From a virus (taxonomy: Duplodnaviria > Caudoviricetes), in the IMG/VR virus record IMGVR_UViG_3300012953_000186, positions 1 through 26,740 of that record: DNA of 26,740 nucleotides; one strand, written 5' to 3'. The translations under genes and the position numbers were made by a program. Numbering within the stretch: the stretch's first letter is position 1; the number at the start of each line of letters is the position of its first letter. Under the pieces are notes generated by a model. That model was not told the origin of the DNA and did not search any database. It saw only the letters and a list, made by a program, of their open reading frames with translations. Of the stretch, positions 11,801 through 19,500 are shown piece by piece.

Positions 11801-14800
11801 GCCAATATTTAAGAGAAACTTCTTAGGTGCTACATCTAGTGTTGTTGATGTAACAAACAATAAGGTCTTTATACCAGATCATTATTTTGTGACTGGTGAA
11901 CAATTAACATATGGTCATTTGGGTGCAGGTACAAGTCAGGCAATTAGTATTGCATCAGCAAATATTCCAGGTGTTGGAATTACTGATAAACTTCCATCAA
12001 CTTTATATGCTATTAAATCTGATGATTCTAATTTAAAGTTTGCTGCTACTGCTGAAGGTGCATTAAAGTCTACACCCGAAGTTTTAGATATTACTTCTGT
12101 AGGAATAGGAACTTCTCATTCTTTGACTTCTAAAAATGCTAATAGTAAGGTCTTAATTAGTATTGATAATGTTATTCAAGCTCCATTAGTTGCCAGTGCT
12201 GTTACTACAAGTTTAAATGGTAATGTTGATTATAATATAGACAATATAACTCTTACTGGAATAACGTCTATATTTGGTGGAGATCTTCTGCAAATTGATG
12301 ATGAAATAATGAGAGTTGATCAAGTAGGATTTGGTGCTACTAATAGATTGAGAGTTAAGAGACCTTGGATGGGAACCCAACTTTCAGCACACGATGCTGA
12401 TGCTGTGGTAACTAAAATTAATGGAGGATATAATATTATTGGAAATCATATTAACTTCTATACTGCACCAAAAGGATTAACTCCAATAAGCACTACTGCT
12501 GCTTCTCCCGATGATATTTCTTGGACTGGAATAGCAACTCATTCCACCTTTAACGGAAGATCATTTATGAGATCTGGAGTGCCTGGTACTGCTGATGAAC
12601 CATATTCTAAGAATTATATCTTTGATGATATATCTTCGGGATTTACTGGATATAGCACTGAATTTACTTTAAAATCTGGTGGATCAAATGTTGCTGGAAT
12701 ATCTTCGGATAATGCTATTATATTAATAAATCAAATTGCTCAAGGACCATCTAGACATAGTGATCCTATTGATGTTATAAGCAACTACACATTATCAGAA
12801 AATGCAGGTATTACCAGTATTCAATTTACTGGATCTGCTTCTTCAGTTACATCAGATCCAAATACCGCAACTGTTCCTGTTGGGGGAATCATTATATCCG
12901 TAGGATCTACTCAAGGTTTGGGATATCAACCTTTAGTTGCTGCAGGTGGTACTGCTATAGTTTCTGGACTGGGAACTATTAGTTCTATTTCTATTGGTAG
13001 CAGTGGTTCTGGATATAGATCAGGAATCCAAACAACAGTTAATGTTGGTGTTAAAACTTTAAGTATGGGTACGCCAAATATTGAATTTATTGGAACTGCT
13101 GCAGTTAGCAATGGCAATATTGTTAGTGTAGCTATTACTAATCCAGGTGCTGGATATACTACAACTAACCCACCAGAAGTCGTATTTGATCTTCCTTATT
13201 CTTATACAAATATTCCATTAGTCTTTAGTGGTAGTGGAAATGCAGGATTGGGAACAGAAGCAACAGTTGACATTGTTGTTGGTATGGCAGGTAGTGTTAT
13301 AGACTTTGCTCTCAATAATCAAGGATCAGGTTATGGTCAGGAAAATATTTTAACCATAGGTGTTGGGGGAACAGTTGGAATTCCAACTGATTCTACTCTT
13401 GGAGCATCTTTCAAAGAATTTCAACTTACAGTTGAAAAAACTCAAACTAATACTTTTGCTGGTTGGACTTTAGGTGATTTCTTAGTTCTAGATGACTTTA
13501 GTAATTTGTTTGATGGAAATAGCAAAATATTTGCTATAAAATTAAATGGAGTTCAAAAAACTATTAAATCTAGAACTGGTTCTCCTGTAAAAGTTGAAGA
13601 TACTTTATTAGTCTTTATTAATGATATCCTTCAAATTCCTGGTGATGGTTATGTCTTTGATGGAGGAAGTTTCTTAGAATTTACTGAAGCACCTAAAGTT
13701 GGTGATAAAGTAAAATTATTATTCTATCAAGGAACAGGTTCAGTTGACGTAAAAGACGTTGATATATTGGAGCAAATAAAAGTTGGAGATCTTGTTCAAA
13801 TAACTGACGATACAATTCAATATAGAGAAGATGAAAGATTGGTCACTAAGATCAATGCTACTGATAGTATTGATACTAATACTTATGGTGGAAGAGGGAT
13901 CAATGAAGATGAGACTTATGTTAGACCAATTACTTGGTCTAGACAAACAGAAGATAAATTTATTGATGGAGTTTCTGTAACTAAAGATAGACCTTTATAT
14001 GAACCTTTGATTTATCCTACTACTAATTTGATTCAATCTGTTGGTTTAGGTTCTACAGTTGCATTTGTTGAGAATGTAAGAACTATTTTTGATAATAATA
14101 AAGAGAATCAAAGTAATAAAAATAGTATAAGAATCATCTCACAAGATTCTGTTGTCGCTGCTTCTGCTACTGCTGTTGTTTCTGGATTTGGAACTATTAG
14201 TTCTATTCAAATTTCTAATGCTGGAACAGGATATACTGGTGCTCCATCAGTAACTATTGGAAATCCTGTAAGTACTGCATCTAGTTTGAGAGCATCTGCT
14301 ACATCCACTATTTCTGCTGGTGTAGTTAATTCAATTACTGTAACCACACCAGGTACTGGATATACTTCTTCCAATCCACCAGAAGTTTTAATAGCAGAAC
14401 CTAAGACTTCTGGTTACATAGAAGAAATAACAAAAGTTTCATATAGTGGTGATTTTGGTGTAATTTCTGGAGTATCAACTACTACTGTTGGAGTAACTAC
14501 TGGAATAGTATTTGATCTATTACTTCCTAGTGATTCTTTATTCAGAGATGTTGATGTTGTAGGAACTGCTATCACTGTAAGTGGTATACAGGCAGGATAC
14601 TATTTTGTAGTATCTAACTCTAATATTGGTAACGGAGTTACTTCATTAAATAGTGCTGGTGCTGTGGTTGGTTCAGGAAGTAGTTTCTTGGATAATATAT
14701 ATGAAGTAGCATCGGTTTCTATTGCTCAAACCAATGCTGTTGCCATAGGACAAACTTATGTTGCGAAAGTTACAGTAAGTGTTCAAAATTATAATGGACT

Positions 14801-14975
14801 TACTGGTTTAGGTCATAGTGAAATATTCGGTGATTATTCTTGGGGTAGAATCTCCATAAATAATAGATCGAAAAACAAAGTATTTAATTCTTACAACAAT
14901 GGTTTATTGGGTATCTCCACTTCACCAATTGTCGAAAGAGTGATACCTTTGAATTCTACTAATTATAACGAATAA
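2895..14975 (+). CDS. gp7: Giant gp7-like baseplate wedge initiator with many inserted repeat domains
   Basis: 4026 aa, located between gp6 and gp8. N-terminal 'QLPDYVKEDYP..FL.EYY' and 'FYTSKGT..SFEILFRALYG'; later 'LHDNNYYQYFSYALKS...W...V..LNHTAGFKKF'. G/S/T-rich beta repeats throughout. Confidence 0.85.
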   Translation: MADTRVKISSVVSNQLPDYVKEDYPLVGQFLSEYYKSMESQGLTLDLFKNIDKYIKIDELTNLVDSTTLTSDVDYVDDTISVDSTSGFPESYGLIKINSEIITYSGITTNTFTGCSRGFSGITSFRNPNSPDELVFNQSEISTHSLGDSVGNLSILFLKQFFSKVKSQITPGFEERELDTDVDQRIFIKQSKDFYTSKGTDESFEILFRALYGVDVEVIKPRDYLFAPSDAQYRVSKDLVVEALEGNPENLVNRTLFQDYNEGVIKGARGSVSEVQKIHRNEKDYYVISLDYDYDKDIEVRGSIFGHFSIHPTTKVVTPVSIGSTVIDVDSTVGFNTSGTLVTKHSDGISTKITYNSKSLTQFYGCSGVTKNIDAKQNLRVDEYAYGYVGVGTSNLCKVRITGVTSKLNTRGLPSVEVGDVIEPQGLGIGVTNEAANNWFFNIATVYNIKSLNLLNASNSTYNVVTYDKHNFVLGDKANIKTTDGVNLVCNITSIITDYQFTINDQGILDVNRYYTIGKILSKANVEDYPELIHQSTNVENIYTKESSLYLSSPSLPSYLNEPLDTTDRSVDLTGIFNGENIEILDTQGVGVAHGLYTGDSITYKPGEGTNKLNITEGVYFAKKISRSVFKIAKSRSNIYSGKFITVTGNVTANKFELTKFANQRLKSQQLIRRLVNPITSSIKSETKVGQTGILINGVEISNYKSNDSIFYGPIEEVSVVSGGNDYDVINPPILTITDSVGAGCSAFCSVEGSLKRIEILDGGFDYTDEPIITITGGSGKGAKASAKLVSTEHSVEFNSVQNAGLVNLSNNTVAFSTFHKFRDGESVIYQPNGETAVGGLTTSAAYHVSVKDAFTISLHNTLPAATSGISSVILTSYGTGNQNFKSTNSKKVIKSISIGSSGSGYTNQRTTTNISGINTSSNIITINNHGYNSGETILYTPKGIAVEGLTNTNYIVSKISDHSFRLSEVGIGSTAPDFYHNNDKFVDLVSVGSGTHEFNYPPISIKVEGTIGVSTLTGQDFNAVIQPIFRGHIKSVFVENGGLGYGSSDILNYNRQPVFTLKTGSSAQLKPIISNGKISEVLVLSSGSGYNTPPTLEIRGSGKGAVLTPVLNAGVIESVKVVSNGLGYNAKDTTVIVTASGLESQFESRSKQWIFNSFERLVNGEHISKDDGFLTEGINSDFEIEYTHLYCPRKLRRSVYSKQVIDGSPSNFVDLSLENDVEEDSAYHSPILGWAYDGNPIYGPYAYQTPTGGSIKIMKSGYTTGVVSYRPNPFDEAGGRLYPDGSFVEDYQYTASGDLDEHNGRYGITPDFPNGTYAYFATVDSDSIDSLKAFKNYRRPQFPYFIGNTFKSNPIEFNFDRYSNQKDLDINDGKYLRNTTPYGFLDGNTTYDYLIDPSHEHKQKTIVTSTSEGKVEAIGIVTGGFDYAVNDNAIFDNVGSGGAGAIARVAAVSGKEIHSINVASTRISNVEFAPYNQFGAVIGYSTLPHGLKNKDFATISGLSTNAYLRNNNITQIGINTSRFILANEIGDVTATGITTYFPIASGQLFFPYVRENDILGIGTEKVKVLKVDSDQSRIRVLRGAEGTASPAHPTYSRLNQNPRNFVFIEENNQIVDSNYQLNNEVYFNPIETLGIGTAPSNVGGGHTVTISDPGIGASQVTLFRTNMFIPNHGLNTGDEIIYNANGGSPIGVQTFRSDGIAAGQPFTLSNNQKLYAVRMTDSVLGISTFRVGLSTLGYYQSQDGDNSKEPLMLTGIGTGTYHSFTTNYPNVISGEVVQIDATVATASTHGMNINDRVLIDASLGFTTTITVAYNDYNRRLVINPKNFVSSNVSVLKNTITITNHGMSSGDKVIHTASTSSGGLKDNQIYFVSVIDKNTISLCNDHYESIKFNSAVVDITSASAGTISPINPAIYVRANQTVYFDLSDSSLAFQKSGVNYPAFDFNLYYDNECTNIYSNTTNNAKFNVTKSGTVGVTADANLSFQITKATSRKLYYGMDPINLDLSADVKKEIIKDFENVRDAKALTTKNSIFNQNFNISGIGSTTFSFNLFNEPEKSLYTPEDGKFTYMTSSRTARGPIGLVAVKKGGVGYNKLPGIDGVKTLGVTTSKGYGAVLQPNSTSIGQIKSVDIQDIGYEYSVDKTLQPKALLPQLISVDSFYSLQHVGVTSVGSYYTTAPDLVVLHGNTKLPVDEVVLEYTLGNSHVGIVKNTTSLSKDVPNIIPVNNSNGILIDSMDYNLGTKDVTVTIGASFSNPSDYPFAVGESVLIENVSVGVGTTGKGYNSKNYSYKRFKITATDPNIGGNLGTITYSLQDSIFGGDIPGNFDAANSSGRVIPEKWFPIFGIEMTSNNFEKGEIITSKSASGTVQSWNGKSGSLKVSSPRLFNVGEILIGESSKTEGIVNERLSYNSQYDIDASSVVKKGWKRETGFLNNNLQRLHDNNYYQYFSYALKSTVQLDKWDEAVSSLNHTAGFKKFSDLIVENDITQNNQSVGLGTTQIGRVDSIALLDSVIDMNTVPDFDLVTEKTLKVDENTVVSDEIVFKTKILQDYIESIGNRVLSIDDVSGNFNDLPRTDRFAPVDLFPLTSARHKKYIAYIQDNRFGDERQVYIISLLHNSSTAMLNQYGGVASYADLGTFDFDILGDEGRLLFFPKKYRVNDYFVSTLAFNIGDSVAGIGSTAFGDMVNVGSATSTVGLGVTTAVNIVGIAKSYRSAKITVSAAATNSAYQYYEVDELTMVHDGTNVELMEYGQVSSDMPASPLGSAGIGTYGATLSGNYVNISFTPNAGVTTATGYNINSLKIAISDTVSSGVGTHVFNTGIIDSKQTSIAASGSPTEHVIAEYSDAYRSAYYFVSVEDTTVGQYQASEVLVVNDSSEVYLTEYGVVQSQGNLGDFGGNITGAGVRQLTFKPLASRDVQVRVLQCAVGTVNDSVTDNTIDFTNASIDTGEGEYYGTETDVKRAFELNHKQLPIFKRNFLGATSSVVDVTNNKVFIPDHYFVTGEQLTYGHLGAGTSQAISIASANIPGVGITDKLPSTLYAIKSDDSNLKFAATAEGALKSTPEVLDITSVGIGTSHSLTSKNANSKVLISIDNVIQAPLVASAVTTSLNGNVDYNIDNITLTGITSIFGGDLLQIDDEIMRVDQVGFGATNRLRVKRPWMGTQLSAHDADAVVTKINGGYNIIGNHINFYTAPKGLTPISTTAASPDDISWTGIATHSTFNGRSFMRSGVPGTADEPYSKNYIFDDISSGFTGYSTEFTLKSGGSNVAGISSDNAIILINQIAQGPSRHSDPIDVISNYTLSENAGITSIQFTGSASSVTSDPNTATVPVGGIIISVGSTQGLGYQPLVAAGGTAIVSGLGTISSISIGSSGSGYRSGIQTTVNVGVKTLSMGTPNIEFIGTAAVSNGNIVSVAITNPGAGYTTTNPPEVVFDLPYSYTNIPLVFSGSGNAGLGTEATVDIVVGMAGSVIDFALNNQGSGYGQENILTIGVGGTVGIPTDSTLGASFKEFQLTVEKTQTNTFAGWTLGDFLVLDDFSNLFDGNSKIFAIKLNGVQKTIKSRTGSPVKVEDTLLVFINDILQIPGDGYVFDGGSFLEFTEAPKVGDKVKLLFYQGTGSVDVKDVDILEQIKVGDLVQITDDTIQYREDERLVTKINATDSIDTNTYGGRGINEDETYVRPITWSRQTEDKFIDGVSVTKDRPLYEPLIYPTTNLIQSVGLGSTVAFVENVRTIFDNNKENQSNKNSIRIISQDSVVAASATAVVSGFGTISSIQISNAGTGYTGAPSVTIGNPVSTASSLRASATSTISAGVVNSITVTTPGTGYTSSNPPEVLIAEPKTSGYIEEITKVSYSGDFGVISGVSTTTVGVTTGIVFDLLLPSDSLFRDVDVVGTAITVSGIQAGYYFVVSNSNIGNGVTSLNSAGAVVGSGSSFLDNIYEVASVSIAQTNAVAIGQTYVAKVTVSVQNYNGLTGLGHSEIFGDYSWGRISINNRSKNKVFNSYNNGLLGISTSPIVERVIPLNSTNYNE
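6579..6938 (+). other. YHYH-like domain within gp7
   Basis: 'HSPILGWAYDGNPIYGPY...GDLDEHNGRYGITPDFPNGTYAYFAT...PQFPYFIG' follows the YHYH family pattern; the eponymous motif reads YAYF (6846-6857). Confidence 0.7.
12951..14387 (+). repeat. Dispersed intragenic direct repeat in gp7 (copies at ~12951-13181 and ~14169-14387)
   Basis: 12951-12989 and 14169-14207 match at 35/39 nt (TAIVSGLGTISSI / TAVVSGFGTISSI). The modules end in PGAGYTTTNPPEV and PGTGYTSSNPPEV. Confidence 0.7.
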
Positions 14976-14978
14976 ATA
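14972..14978 (+). promoter_or_regulatory. T4-like late promoter box ATAAATA overlapping the gp7 stop
   Basis: ATAAATA includes the TAA at 14973-14975 and lies about 20 nt before the gp8 ATG (14998). Confidence 0.65.
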
Positions 14979-14997
14979 ACTAAAAAAATAGTAAACA

Positions 14998-16551
14998 ATG
15001 TCCGCCATTATAACTGATCAGCTTAGAATATTGAATGCTAGGAATTTTATTTCTGGTGTGACTTCTACTACTAATTCTTATTATTCTTTTGTTGGTCTAC
15101 CTAACCCAAATAATTATTCTTCTACGTGGGATTCAGATCCCCCTGCTCCTAAAGATAGTTTTGAGCAAGAAGATGACTATTGGGATACAATGGTTGCTTT
15201 GAAGAAGATTTCTCCCAGTGACGTTAGGCAAGTAGTTAGTAAAACTTCTTGGATTTCTGGTACAACATATGATATGTATAGAGGGGATATCAGTAGGACA
15301 AATACATCTCAACCATCAGGTTCAACTAATCTATATTCTGCTAATTATTATATTGTAAATGAAGATTTTAAAGTTTATATTTGCCTTCAGAATGGAACTG
15401 ATCCTGAGAATCCAAGTGGAAGACCTTCACTAGATGAACCAGCATTTACTGATTTAGAACCAAGATCTGCTGGTGATAGTGGTGATGGTTATATTTGGAA
15501 ATATCTTTATACTATTAAACCAAGTGATATTGTAAAATTTGATTCTACTAATTTTATGCCAGTTCCAATAGACTGGGATACTAATACTTCTGATGCATCG
15601 GTTAGAAATCATGCATCCACTAGTGGTGAATTAAAAATAGTTACAGTTGTCAATAGGGGAGTTGGTTTAGGAACTGCTAATAGAACTTACACTAGAGTTC
15701 CTATTTACGGTGATGGTGAAGGTGCTGAATGTACAGTTGTTGTTAACAATGACTCTAAAGTAGATACAGTTACTATTTCTAAGGGTGGATCAGGATATAC
15801 TTATGGAACTGTAGATTTAGCAGGTGGTAGTGTTCCGACAGGAAGTACTTCTCCTATATTCAATGTTATTATACCACCTGAAGGTGGACATGGTTCTGAT
15901 ATATATCGTGAATTGGGGGCAAATAAAGTCTTAGTTTATTCTAGAGTTGAAAATGATACAGAAAATCCTGATTTTGTTACTGGTAATCAAATAGCAAGAG
16001 TTGGTATAGTTGAAAATCCTAAATCTTTTGGATCTGTTTCAAATTTAAATTTAGATAAGGCTAGTGCAGCTTATGCATTAAAATTAGTTGGTTCTGGATA
16101 TAGTACTGCAACATTTAATCCAGATAGTTTTGTCACCCAAACAGTTGGGTTAGGATCTACTGCTGTAGGAAGAGTAATTTCTTATGATAAGAATACTGGA
16201 GTATTAAAGTATTGGCAAGATAAAAGTCTTGTTGGATTCAATAGTGATGGTTCATTAAAAACTGATCCTACATATGGGTTTGAATTGCACAGGTTTACAG
16301 CAACACCTGCTGCTACTGGAACTATAACCATCTATGGTGGTAGTACCAATTTAGGTATTGATACTGGTTATACTGGTTATACTACCTCAATAAATAATAG
16401 AACATATAACCTTGGTCAGTCATTCTCCTTCGGAGTGGCTAATCCAGAAGTTAAAAAATACTCTGGAAATGTAATATATGTTGACAATAGACCTGCTATC
16501 ACTAGGTCTTTAAATCAAAAAGAAGATATCAAAGTAATTTTGCAATTCTAA
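14998..16551 (+). CDS. gp8: Baseplate wedge subunit gp8
   Basis: 517 aa. 'MSAIITDQLRILNA..F', 'W.SGTTYDMYR', 'YYIVNEDFKVYICLQNG', 'GDGYIWKYLYTI', 'PPEGGHG', and C-terminal 'YSGNVIYVDNRPAITRSLNQKEDIKVILQF', which is a gp8-type ending. Confidence 0.93.
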   Translation: MSAIITDQLRILNARNFISGVTSTTNSYYSFVGLPNPNNYSSTWDSDPPAPKDSFEQEDDYWDTMVALKKISPSDVRQVVSKTSWISGTTYDMYRGDISRTNTSQPSGSTNLYSANYYIVNEDFKVYICLQNGTDPENPSGRPSLDEPAFTDLEPRSAGDSGDGYIWKYLYTIKPSDIVKFDSTNFMPVPIDWDTNTSDASVRNHASTSGELKIVTVVNRGVGLGTANRTYTRVPIYGDGEGAECTVVVNNDSKVDTVTISKGGSGYTYGTVDLAGGSVPTGSTSPIFNVIIPPEGGHGSDIYRELGANKVLVYSRVENDTENPDFVTGNQIARVGIVENPKSFGSVSNLNLDKASAAYALKLVGSGYSTATFNPDSFVTQTVGLGSTAVGRVISYDKNTGVLKYWQDKSLVGFNSDGSLKTDPTYGFELHRFTATPAATGTITIYGGSTNLGIDTGYTGYTTSINNRTYNLGQSFSFGVANPEVKKYSGNVIYVDNRPAITRSLNQKEDIKVILQF

Positions 16552-16557
16552 AGAATC

Positions 16558-19500
16558 ATGCCCCAGGAAACTAATCTCAACGTCGCTCCTTACTTTGACG
16601 ATTATAGTCCATCGGACAATTATTATAAGGTTTTATTTAAACCTGGATTTCCTGTACAGGCTAGAGAATTAACTGGCTTACAGTCAATTCTTCAAAATCA
16701 AATTGAACGGTTTGGAAACCATATTTTTAAAGATGGTAGTTCAGTAACTGGTGGTGGATTAAAATATAATAATGCATATCCTGCGGTTAGGATCAATACG
16801 GAATATTCTGGAGTAGCACTTACTGCATATCTTAATGATTTATTAGAAGCAAGAGTAGTTGGAAGTAAGTCAGGTGTAAGGGCAAAAATAAAAGCATATC
16901 TTAACTTAAATGCTTTTCCTGGTGAACCATATACTTTATTTGTGGAGTATTTGGATCCTTCTATTGATGGAGAAAGGGCAGTATTTTTGGCATCAGAAAC
17001 TCTTTTAATTGAACGACAAATATCTAATAAAAATGTTATTATTCAAGAAGGAGAAGGTGTTGCTACAACAACTGCAATTGCACCAACTTCTTTCGGATCT
17101 GGATGTGTTTTATCAAAGGGTGTTTATTTTGTAAGAGGACATTTTATTGATATTCCAGAACAATCAATTATATTAGAACCTTATAGCACTACTCCAACGT
17201 ACAAAATTGGATTAGAAGTTTTAGAAGAAGTTATAAACTCAGATATTGATAAAGATTTAACTGATAATGCATCTTCATTCAATAATTATACTGCGCCTGG
17301 TGCAGATAGATTAAAAATAAGAGCAATTTTAACTAAAAAGAATGTAAATTCCACTCAGGCGGATAATTTTATAGAGTTGATGGAAGTTAGAGAAGGAGTT
17401 ATTGCTTCTCAAAAAATTAATCCTGATTATAATAAACTAGAAGAAGAATTTGCCAGAAGAACATTTGATGAGTCTGGTGATTATTATGTTATTCCATTTA
17501 ATGTTCAACCCAAAGAGACTTTAAATAATTACAAAGGAAATAAAGGTATATTTAATTCTGATCAATTAACATACAATAATAGTGTTCCAGCAGAAAATCT
17601 TGCAACATATAAGATTTCTCCAGGTAAAGCATATGTCAAAGGTTATGAGGTAAATATACCAACAAACCAGTTTCTTGATTTTCAAAAACCAAGAACTCAA
17701 AAATTATTAAAAGATCAGAGTGTAAATTATTACACTGGTCCAACTTTTGCTTTAAATAGAGTTAATGGATCTCCTAAGATAGGTATAGGAACTGATTATA
17801 CTATTAGTTTAAGAGATAGCAGGATTGGTGTAACTTCTACAACTGCTGCAGGTAATGAAATAGGATTAGCAAGAGTTTATGATTTTGCTTTAGAATCTGG
17901 ATCATATGATGCTATAAATCCCAATCTTAATACATGGGATATTGCTTTATATGATATCCAACCATACACATATCTAGAACTTAATACTCCAACAACTTTA
18001 GCTCTTCCGCAGCATGTTAAAGGAAAATCAAGTGGAGCTACTGGTTATTTAAGATTTGATGTCAATACTGGCACAGCAATGACAGCATATAATGTGAATG
18101 GAAAATTCATACAAGGTGAACAATTAGTTTTTAATGGGATTGAGAGTGGGAATATTCTTGGAGTAACAACTGCATATACCTCTAGTGATGTTAGATCATT
18201 ATATGGAACAGTTGGAACTGCTAATACATTTAATGCTGACGTAAAACAAAGTGTTCATTCTACTTTTGGCACAGTTAATATTACAGGTGTTAGTGGTGGA
18301 GTTTCTACTGTTACAAGTACAGATGCTACTAAGTTCTTTACTGGTATAGCAACTGTTGGAAATATTGTAGAGTTTCAATATTCAGGATTAGCTGATCCAC
18401 TATCTCCAGCATATGCACAAGTTGCTTCTGTATCCCAACATTCATTGGTTATTACTCCTGTTACAAGCGTAACTGGAATCAATAACGGTGTATTGCCACC
18501 TGCAGATACTGAAACCTTTTTTAATATATTAGGATCAAAATTTGAATTTTCTACTGATAATACATTATACACTGCTCTTCCTAAAGATAAAGTAGCAAGT
18601 GTAGATTTAACTAATGCAAATCTTGTCATAAGAAAACAATTTGATGTTACAATTACTGATGGTTCTACAAATTCAATACCCAGTGGAAGTGCTAATGAAA
18701 CATTTTTACCATATGATGAAGAAAAATATTGTTTAGTAAGAACTGATGGAAGCACAGAATCTTTAAGTACTGATAAATTTTCATTTACTAATGGATCTCA
18801 AACATTAACAATTAACGGTTTGTCTGGAATTGGTCCTGCAAAATTAATTGCTACTCTTAGAAAGATCAATGTTAAAGAAAAGATTAAGACAAAAAAGAAA
18901 ATTAATATACTTTCTATAGATTCTTCTAAGTATTCAGCTTCTGGTACAGGACAAGCAACATTAAATGATGGACTTACATTTGGTTCTGTTTATGGAACTA
19001 GAGTTCAGGATGAAGAAATTTCATTGGGAGTTCCTGATGTAACTAAAATTTATGGTGTTTTTGAGTCTTCTAATGCAAATGATGTAACTTTTCCTCGTCT
19101 TACTTTAATTTCTATTAATAGTGATAGTGCTAAGACTGGAGATTTGTTGGAGGGTGAAGAATTTATAGGTAAATCTAGTAAGTTTGTTGGTGTTTATATT
19201 GGAAAAGTTAACGATGGAACTGTTAATTACATTGCTTTGAATGACAAAAAACCAATTTCTGGAGAAGTTATAACCTTTAGAGAGTCTGGAATTACAGCAA
19301 CAATTTCTGGTGTTTCTTTGGGGTCAGATAACATTACTGAAGAATTTAATTTTGATAATGGTCAAAGAAATACAATATATGATTATTCTAGACTAGTAAG
19401 AAAGGCAGCATATAAAGAACCTTCAAAGAAAATGAAGATAGTATTTGAGTCTGCATATTTCTTAACTTCTGATAATGGAGATATTACAACAGTAAATTCA

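Noticed and set aside
12951-14387. Diversity-generating retroelement TR/VR pair
   Set aside because: Both copies are in frame within one gene, the match is short, mismatches are not adenine-specific, and no reverse transcriptase is present in the window.
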